Assembly (NCBI RefSeq): GCF_006345805.1
Contig: NW_021833279.1
Location: 13,142 to 77,141 of the forward strand
DNA from: Octopus sinensis
Lineage: Eukaryota
Direction of reading: 5' to 3'
Length of the DNA: 64,000 nucleotides
The stretch's first letter is position 1. Every line of letters starts with the position of its first letter. Shown in pieces: positions 55,501-64,000 of the stretch. Below the pieces are notes generated by a model. The model did not search any database. It was not told the origin of the DNA and saw only the letters and a list, made by a program, of their open reading frames with translations. The translations under genes and the position numbers were made by a program.

Positions 55501-58500
55501 TGGGTGGGTTGTGCTATACATTTATCGAACGGACCCCTGTACTCGAGATCCGGATGCGAGTCTTTTAACTAAATCGACAAATGATGCGGTATGGTTGTTA
55601 TTTCATGTTGTAGTTATGATGGCCTTATTTGCGCCGAGCTCCAAACTAATATTTGTAATTGACCGATGAATATTCGCACCTGGCGAATATTTTATCATTA
55701 TTCTATTAAGTTTTATCATTATTCTATTGAGAAGTATATATACTCATACCCAAGTTTATCATACATACATCCGTTCATAGCGGAGACCGATACACATTCT
55801 GATATTCTGAGATTAATCTCTCAAATCTTTGACATCAACGTCACCAACAGGCTCAACAGACAAATGTCTTTTTCTTTCTTTACAATTTATTCTTATTATT
55901 ACATCTTTCGTTCTAACTTTCATTCATTCACTCGTTCTTTCTTAAATTCTATATTCTCTCTTCTCCATCAATTCCTTCCCATCCAACAACCTACTTTGTA
56001 AATGATCCCCCAATTCTTTCTTTTAAACTACATTATTTCATTTTAATTTCGCAGAACCCGGTCTCGAATCATTGTATACCCGGTGGGGTAGAACAACTTG
56101 TCCTCCTTATTCAAAACTTGTATATGACGGTTAGTATACTTTATGTTTCTGAGCTCTCATTCCCTTTTTGATTTCCTCTTGTTCTTTTTTTATACCTGTC
56201 ATTATCTCTTTTTGTTGCCTCCCTTTCTCTCTCACCCCCTCTCTCACGAACATGCACACAGACTCACCCTTTGTCGGGTTGTCTGACATAAACGTTCTCA
56301 AATCCTCTTACGATATGTCACGTTTCAAACGTCTATACCGGTAGACTATACAAAAACTACACAAGACTGCTTACTCCTTTGTAGGTATTTGGTCAAATCA
56401 GAATATTATATGTTGTCTACTACGGACCAAATGAAAAGGATGTTGTCTAACCACAGAATATAGATATCTCTACGTTAAATTACAGATAGGGGCTGGACTG
56501 AAAACCACCATGGCGATCAAGAATTTCTGGCTGACCAGCTTTGGATTGTAGATATCAAATACCGAGGCTGCTAACTGGTGATCATGTGTACTGGCTACGG
56601 ATGGTTATTGTATGTGAGTGACTAGAGCTGAATAGTGGCCACTTGTCTATCATTAACTAGAGTGCCCAATGATCGTAGGTGCGGGCTAAATTGAAAACAG
56701 TCTATTAGAATTGATGACAGTGACTGTAAATAATTAATGAAATGAACGCACAAAGTAGAATGAGGACTGGACAAGCCACATACTGTAAATGATGGAAAAA
56801 GCTAAGGACTTTATTCATTAAGTAAATATAGAGAGACTAAATATTAGTGAGAGATCAAAACAGTGTACAGAATGCACTTCTATTCTTCTCCGCCTCACCG
56901 AAATCATCCTATCACTAAAACCTTGCTCTTTTCATGCACCACATCACCTCATTAATTATCCAGTATATATTTGTAAGGTTATTACCACACTTCCAATTCA
57001 AAAATACTTCCAGAAACCGCTTCCCCAATCCACCTCACATTCCTTAAAAATGCTCTGAATCTGCTCTTTTATAAACCCTACACGTATATTTTATCGGTCG
57101 CCCACTCCATCACCAAAAATATCCCCGTTCACTCGTGAACACCTTTTCCGTTTCGGGTAAACACGAGCACATGCGTTACCGAATCCTTTCTTTTTCTCCT
57201 TCTATTAACATCCACGCAAATACACTTCCCCATGCAAACTTACATAATAATCCACGTCATAACCTCAAATACTTACCCGTATATACACACAACATATATA
57301 TACATATACCTACATAACTTTTTTTTCAAGAGTTCCTTAACATTTACGGAGGTCTCTATCGTGATGATTGTTTACTTTATCTCCAAAATGTTTCAAACCA
57401 AAAGGTACAAAAAGTTAATAGTTTAGTTAATTTTTTCAGTAGAATGGGCTCAAAAATCGTTTTTGATGACGATATGACGAAGGCTTAATTTACACAGTGA
57501 CTCTTTCCTCCCATATCGTAAACCGTTGACCAATCTTAAGTACATTAGCAAATTTAGTAATCATCCTGGAGCAATTACTAAGGACTTAGTTAAGAATATT
57601 TCATTTAGATTATCTAAATTATCTGCTAATATTGATATTTTCAATAATAACGCTGAATTCTATAACTCTGCCTTAATCAAAGCAGGTTATACAGAGAAAA
57701 TTTTCTACATAGATTCTGCTCAGTCTAATTGTAAATTCAATAATGCAGATAAGATTTCTAGTCGTAAAAGAATTATTGATAACAAACATAACTTACGCAC
57801 CGATACAAAGCGAACGAAGGCAGATAGCCCTTATTTAATCCCCTATTATCGATCTAAAAGTAAATATAACACCTTCAAATGTAATTACGCAATGAATACT
57901 AGTAAAAACATTTGGTTAATAATTCCTTACGGGTGACAAATTAAATCTAATCTCCCACTGCTGTTTCGTCAAGCTATTGCTAGGAATTTTCCAAACAATT
58001 CTAGATATTACTCTATAATCAATTCACATAAGGTTAGGATAGGTTTTTCAAACACAAAAAATCTCTTGCAAATTATCTCTTCTCATAATAACAAACTGTT
58101 AAATATTAATACATTTACTAATAGTAACATTAATTTAGCTAATACCATCCAACCCTCTAGAAATATTAATAACAAGGTTATTGTATCTGAAGTCAATTCC
58201 AATAGAATTAAGTTTATGTCAAGTAACTCTAAGGTTAAAAATTCTATATACCAGTGTATAATCGGTACTCGTACTAAAGTACGATTTTACATTGGAAGCA
58301 CATCGTTAGAGTTATCTAAAAGAATTTCTATCCATTACTCAACATTTAGGGATAGAAAAAAAACGGAATAGTACCGGTCTCAACAAACTGATTTGGGATT
58401 TAAAAGACCACAAGAAACAATTTCATTTAGAATGGTTGATTCTCTCAATTTCGATACCATATGACAAAGGCAAGAAATTCTGTCTTCTCTGCATTCTGAG

Positions 58501-58944
58501 CTATTTTCATTATTTTTTCTAAAAATAATCTAGTAAACACGGTTATAGAGCGAGCATACAGATGTAAGCATTGGGAAAAACATACGTTTAGTGCATATAA
58601 GTAGTCTTTATCATTATATATAATTTAAACTTTAATTTCTTTTATATTTAACATTCACTATTAATATCCCTACTGTTTCTGTTAGCTACTTATGACGTTA
58701 TATCATATAACGTTTTTTAAAACAATATTAATAGCGTTCTGTCTATCGCTATACAAATCCATCATTTTTGCTAAAATGTCTTATTGACGAGTTTCGTTTT
58801 TTTCACTTTTGAGGAGAAGATGGCATTGTTTATACCATTATTCTTTGAATAGTATCAGTGGAATTTTCGAAACATGTTTCGAAAGTAAAAATATTTGATT
58901 ACACCTGCGTTAACTCCATTTCTTATTCAAATATGTATATATTA

Positions 58945-59002
<58 letters not shown>

Positions 59003-59051
59003 TTACATATATATATAATATATATATATATATAATATATATATATGAATG

Positions 59052-59090
<39 letters not shown>

Positions 59091-60099
59091 GATTCGGATG
59101 AATATGGTACTTAAGTTGAGGCTCCAGAATTTAGTACGGCATTATCCATACAATTTCAAAGTAAGGGGATTAAAATTAAACTAAGCAACGATGATATCCA
59201 GAGATAATGCAGTACGTTCGTTTCATGCAACACCATTTAATTGAACAATGCAATCATTACATCAGTTTAAAATGTAGAGCAATCTTCAGTTGCACAAAAA
59301 CGTAGCATTTAATTAAATTAGAACATATGGACACATTTGTATAATTATACCTAAAATCTCCAAGAAATTACATAGAACATGTTGTTTCTACTTCAGCATA
59401 GCAGTTAATAAAATTATCATGAAGGTCGGCTTGTCACTGATTTTTTTGTCTTTATGGGGTCAGTTTTAATTGTTTACAAATCCTTTGTATATCTAAGGCT
59501 GAGAGAACATAGGGCAGTATCTGTTAGAGGGAGGGTTTAGGGGGTAGACAGACATAATAGTTGGTATAGTCATAAAAAAATCAAGAATTATTATAAGCAT
59601 ACCATGAGGTTTAGTAAGGGAAAACTTTAAACAAGGGTTGTTAACTGATAATTAAGGGAGTCGCACACTGGCAGACTATTGACAATGAAACGAAGGTCTT
59701 ATCATATATTATAGTTAATATTTTAAACAATGTTGCTATGAATACAGTTGAAGTTTAGGGTTTTCCAAAGGATTATTAAGAAGAATATTATAACAAAAGG
59801 ATAGAAATTGTTGAATATTTTTTCTATTCATAAGTATTCATAAATTTCTTGATAATTTTATTAACTTCTATGCTGAAATAGAGACAACATGTTCTTTGTG
59901 TATCTCCTTAGCTTCTTGGAGATTTTAGGTATAATTATACTAATGTGTCAATCTGTTTCAATTTAATTAAATCCTATGTATTTGTGCAGCTGAAGATTCC
60001 TCTATATTTTAAATTGATGTAATGATTGTATTGTTCAATTAAATGGAGTTGCATGAAACAATTGCACTGCATTATCTCTCGATATCCTTGTTGCTTAAC

Positions 60100-60143
<44 letters not shown>

Positions 60144-60840
60144 GAGAATGCAAATGCACAGCTATGATCTCAAGCATACAGCAACACACCGCTTGCACTC
60201 ACATAAACACTAACATATATACACCACAATTCGTTCACACGTGGCTAAACATGACTTCTTTTAACTGTAATGAATGTTTCCGTTATTTCATATATAATTT
60301 TTCTTAACATCTTTTTTACTTGATTTATTCTAACCAATTTTAGGTGTGGTTGGTGGACAACATCATACCCAGACTGGTGGCGGAAGTAATCTCTTGTGTT
60401 TACCTAACGATCCCATTTGGGCCAATTATACTACAGAAGTTGAAAAAGGTGGTTACATTTATGGCAGTGAATATGAAATATCCCACTACTCAAATAAACT
60501 CTTTTCTTTTGCTAACGCTGAATCAATTCATGATCACAACGTTCCGTGTGCTGTCTGTTTGACACGACAACCTGCTGTTGTTATGATGTTACCAGCCAGG
60601 ACAAAGTGTTACGCTGGTTGGACAGCTGAGTATTCGGGATATTTGATGACCGCGCATTATAATCATAAAGGAAGACAAGAATATGTGTGTGTGGATTATG
60701 CACCAGAAGCTGATCCAGCAGGTTACAGAAACGAAGATGGAGCTCTATTATATTTCGTTCAGGCTGCTTGTGGTTCATTGCCATGTCCACCGTATGTCAA
60801 TGGTCAAGAATTAACCTGCGTTGTTTGCAGTAAATATTGA
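48406..60840 (+). CDS. Copy E, best gene model: ~256-aa type II membrane-anchored, collagen-less spongin NC1-like protein; exons 48406-48551, 53270-53321, 56055-56129, 60344-60840
   Basis: Intron phases 0/1/1 join the exons in frame: ...KMEEKSKT|[17 protein letters not shown]|[26 protein letters not shown]|VVGGQ...CSKY. The only defect is TTTGGGTT where copies B and D have TTTGGGGTT (1 G missing) in exon 1. Confidence 0.7.
49076..49490 (-). mobile_element. SINE family 1, near full length (unit E)
   Basis: Collinear with 36838-37270. Confidence 0.7.
49617..49797. repeat. Imperfect ~180 bp palindrome (arms ~85 bp, loop ~12 nt)
   Basis: AATTATAATGAGGGTTTTT...GTCAAAGGGCTACCATTCTA pairs with TAGAAATGGTAGGCCTTTGAC...AAAAACCCTTATTATAATT. 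Confidence 0.88.
50892..51176 (+). mobile_element. tRNA-head SINE family 2 (unit E)
   Basis: Collinear with 38618-38898. Confidence 0.7.
52611..53218 (-). mobile_element. Helitron remnant, unit E, with canonical 3' end
   Basis: Minus strand ends CCCCTGCAATGCCGGG-tatgactg-CTAG|T, a subterminal hairpin followed by CTAG, and carries RepHel-like coding remnants. Confidence 0.78.
53270..53321 (+). CDS. Exon 2, copy E (stalk)
   Basis: ttttcacag|AACCGT...CCAA|gtaag, 52 nt, phase 0 to 1; same boundaries in B, C and D. Confidence 0.7.
53510..55380 (-). mobile_element. Decayed RTE-clade LINE, unit E
   Basis: LLFVDDMLL in ORF 53506-54060 and MSAQVRLG in ORF 55052-55249. Keeps ~120 bp (53574-53697) that is absent from units A-D. 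Confidence 0.8.
56055..56129 (+). CDS. Exon 3, copy E (start of NC1-like domain, YTRWGRTTC motif)
   Basis: ttcgcag|AA CCC...GAC G|gttag, 75 nt. YxRWGxxxC is the typical N-terminal motif of this domain family. Confidence 0.85.
57330..58930 (+). mobile_element. 5'-truncated Penelope-like element (RT C-terminal half + GIY-YIG endonuclease) in intron 3 of copy E
   Basis: [11 protein letters not shown] motif at 57357-57368; [21 protein letters not shown]; IYQC...FYIGST...RISIH; [13 protein letters not shown]; CLLC..CKH terminus with stop at 58602-04. Frameshifted. Confidence 0.85.
59182..60097. repeat. Long inverted repeat (foldback): arms 59182-59422 and 59847-60097
   Basis: Arms align in reverse complement over ~240 bp, e.g. 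GTATAATTATACCTAAAATCTCCAAGAA / TTCTTGGAGATTTTAGGTATAATTATAC; ~424 bp spacer. Confidence 0.9.
60344..60840 (+). CDS. Exon 4, copy E: short-chain collagen C4-like C-terminal domain
   Basis: Acceptor ttttag|GT GTG. Open frame of 164 codons ending CVVCSKY-TGA. Confidence 0.88.
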
Positions 60841-62344
60841 ATAGAAATTAAATTCGGTTCCATATGAAAATATCTCTGTGAATTTCAATAAATAACATAA
60901 AATTTTCAATTGTGTTACCTAATATTTCTTTAAAGTATGTCTATCGTTACAATAAAACTGTTGTACTAGTTTACAGAAGATATTCAAACAATACAAAAGA
61001 GGCGACGTAGAATGCCAGAAATATCCTCAAAAACAAGAAAAATCTAAATCTGTCGAAATGATTCTAGAAAACATTTTGTAAGATTTCAGTTTCTCAAACT
61101 TATCGTTGAAATAAAATGTATTTCGTTTAACAGTATTTGTCTTCTGTCTCATGATTCAACAAACCCCAAATAAAGTACCACCATAGAAATTATATCAGCT
61201 TTTCATGCACAGCCTTAGAATTTCTATACTCGACGCTACTATCTCAGGCATCTTGGTTTTCAATTACAACTCGGATTCTGACAAGGAGCCATGAACCGCT
61301 ACATTACATAGCACAGAACTTAACTGATTCTTTCAACAACAACAAGATACGTCTTCACAAACCATTCTATTTGCCGTTATTAATCAGGAAAGCTTTCTGT
61401 TCCATTCCTACCCCATATCTTATAAAACCTATTTATCGTCTACTTTACAAATATCACAAAATGTTCAATTTAAGCTTTCTGAGAATGTGGAATTTACACG
61501 ATCAATCCCTCAAAAGACAGGATAAATGAGTATTGGTCCTGCCAACCTAAATCTATATCACAAAATTCCCATCTCTCTTCAAAATAAGATACAAAATGAA
61601 ACTCGATGCACACAACATACACGTCATATACTAAGCGCTGATATACAAGAATAAGAAATGAAATCAACCAGAAAAATTGCCTCATTTCGACAGCAGAGAA
61701 CATCAAATACGACGATTTCTTTCACTCATCTACGTAAACATACCAGAACCGAAGAAAGGATGGATCCTAGAAGCTGAAGACATTTCATGTGAAACGAATA
61801 CAACACCCATAAAAGTGAGAGTAAAGAGAGCAAATATAGTCAGGGCAAGCACGGATGCTGTGTGTAAGAAGGCTGAGATGTTGTGACCGTCACGTTATAT
61901 CCAATAGGATTCATGACAGTATGTTGGAGTGTGTCGAATATATGTTAGATAAACGAAGGGTTCGGTTAACAGCATCAAGCTGCAATAAAGAATAAAGATT
62001 ATTAATGTTTACTATCCCACTATTATTAGTCTAATGGGTAAATCTGCATTCGCTTCTCTAGATTACAAATATTTTCATGGTTGTAAATCGTAAACAATTG
62101 CAGAGAATACGGACGCTGGAAATCTTCAAATTCATCTTTTGATTCAGCGGCATAATTAGACAGTGAAAACAACCGCCAGGTGTTTAAGCTGTACAGAGCA
62201 TGCGCAGCTGCATATGCAACCCGCCATTACGATAGGAAAAATTATGGGACTTTGTTGAAATCTGACATGGATGTAAGATTTATTTTGTAGCTTATTTCAA
62301 ATTACCCTTATTTCGAGGGCCAAACCGAGAGTGTTACACGCACA

Positions 62345-62375
<31 letters not shown>

Positions 62376-63325
62376 AATACACACACACACACACAAATAC
62401 ACACGCACGCACACACACACACGCACACACACACACATACAACACATATATACAAATATATTAAATTAGGTCAAACTATATCGGGGTCTAATATGCTTCC
62501 TCTGAGTAAATTTAATCATAACTATGGAATTCCGTCGTACGTATGCAGTCCATACGGAAGGTGCACTTGCGAATTGAGTTTCAAATTGGAGACACTGTAC
62601 CTGTATGTTTTGCTATGATTTATAAAACAAGAAGAAAAGTATTCAAAGCTAGTGATAATGACTAGCTAAAAATATGTATGAATGTCATTATTCGGTTTTA
62701 ATAGAATAATTCTGGCCAACAGAAAGAGAGACGGCTTCTAACCTAGTTCCAAGTATCTTTCATTGGAATTTCAACAACATGAACAGGATATTTTTGTATG
62801 TATGTATGTATGTATGTATGTATGTATGTATGTATGTCTGTATGTATGTATGCATGTATGTATGTATGTATGTAAGTATGCATGAATGTAAGTAGGTATG
62901 CATATATGTATGTATGTATGCATGTATGTATGTATGCATGTATGTATGTATATATGCATGAATGTATGTATGTATGCATGTATGCATGTATGTATGTATG
63001 TATGTATGTATGCATGCATGTATGCATGTATGTATGTATGTATTATGTATGCATGCATGAATGTATGCTTGTATGTATGCATGTATGTATTATGTATGCA
63101 TGTATGCATGTATGTATGTATGTATGTATGTATGTATGCATTGTATGTATGTATGTATGTATTATGTATGCATGCATGAATGTATGCTTGTATGTATGTA
63201 TGCATGTATGTATGTATGCATGTATGCATGTATGTATGCATGTATGTATGTATGTATGCATGTATGTATGCATGTATGTATGTATGTATGTATATATGTA
63301 GGTATGTATGCATGTATGTATGTAT

Positions 63326-63878
63326 GTCAGGTCACTTTCGTGTGCTACTGGTAACATGTAACCCAGTACAACCTGTTGCATTGTCGGGTCGTCGGCGACT
63401 AAACCGTCAACCCCACCAAACTTGCTTGGTGAGGAGGGAGTTTATTGGACACCCTGCTGGATGAAAAACAAAACCCGTCAAAGAGCGGTGGAACTCTTGA
63501 GAGTCAACGGCCATCCAATAAATGTGTTAAGGCTGTATCATGCGCGGGGACATAGAAATAATCGGACTGAATACCCCATCGCGCGGTTAAACCATTGGGA
63601 GTGAAGGACTCCTAGACTTTGTTAGGGCATCCTTCTAGGAGAAGGTAATTCAGGTAACTGGGATAACTCCGATATAAAACTGCCGCTCAGTGGTTTCCAA
63701 TGATGTTGACTTGTTTTTTTTTCGGATTATGGCTGCTGTTGCTTAGTGACTGGGATTGACACAGTGCACACACTTTCCTCGCTTTAAAAAAAATCTTCAT
63801 GCACAGGCATTGCAAGTTAACAACATTGATTAAGCACCGAGCAATGCCCATACTCGATAACGAGGGGGCAGCCACCAA
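63326..63878 (+). mobile_element. Paralogous structured element in (TATG)n, unit E tail
   Basis: Collinear with 23817-24374. Confidence 0.4.
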
Positions 63879-64000
63879 GTATGTATGTATGTAGGGATGG
63901 ATGGATGGATGTAAGTATATATGCATGTATGTATGGATGTATGTATATATATATGTATGTGTATATGTGTCTATCGATATATACACGCTTACATTCAAAC

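Noticed and set aside
58845-58890. Possible minimal hammerhead ribozyme in the Penelope 3' region (CGAAACATGT)
   Set aside because: The GAAAC-AT-GT half fits, but the required CUGANGA core is absent (TTGAATA) and stem II does not form.

Overview
Eukaryotic, intron- and microsatellite-rich DNA, inferred to be octopus or another coleoid mollusc from its SINEs, its (TA)n/(TG)n/(TATC)n/(TATG)n load and its gene content. No prokaryotic features are present. The whole window is a head-to-tail tandem array of five 10-16 kb units: A (1-~10430), B (~10430-25500), C (~25500-35780), D (~35780-47995) and E (~47995-end). Each unit carries a + strand copy of one 4-exon gene that I reconstructed from splice sites and phases. 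Exon 1 gives a short N-terminal tail plus a hydrophobic anchor, exon 2 a charged stalk, and exons 3-4 a Cys-rich domain of the spongin short-chain collagen C-terminal (short-chain collagen C4-like, collagen IV NC1-related) family. No Gly-X-Y repeat is seen. The paralogues share a near-invariant scaffold but differ in about five short hypervariable patches, and the patches group the copies discordantly. As assembled, no copy is fully intact. Copy E is one base short, in a G run of exon 1, of an intact 256-aa ORF. Introns and spacers hold decayed RTE-clade LINE, Helitron, Penelope-like, mariner and SINE elements and two foldback structures. Most ORFs in the supplied track are microsatellite or transposon artefacts. 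All alignments were made by eye and transposon boundaries are approximate.
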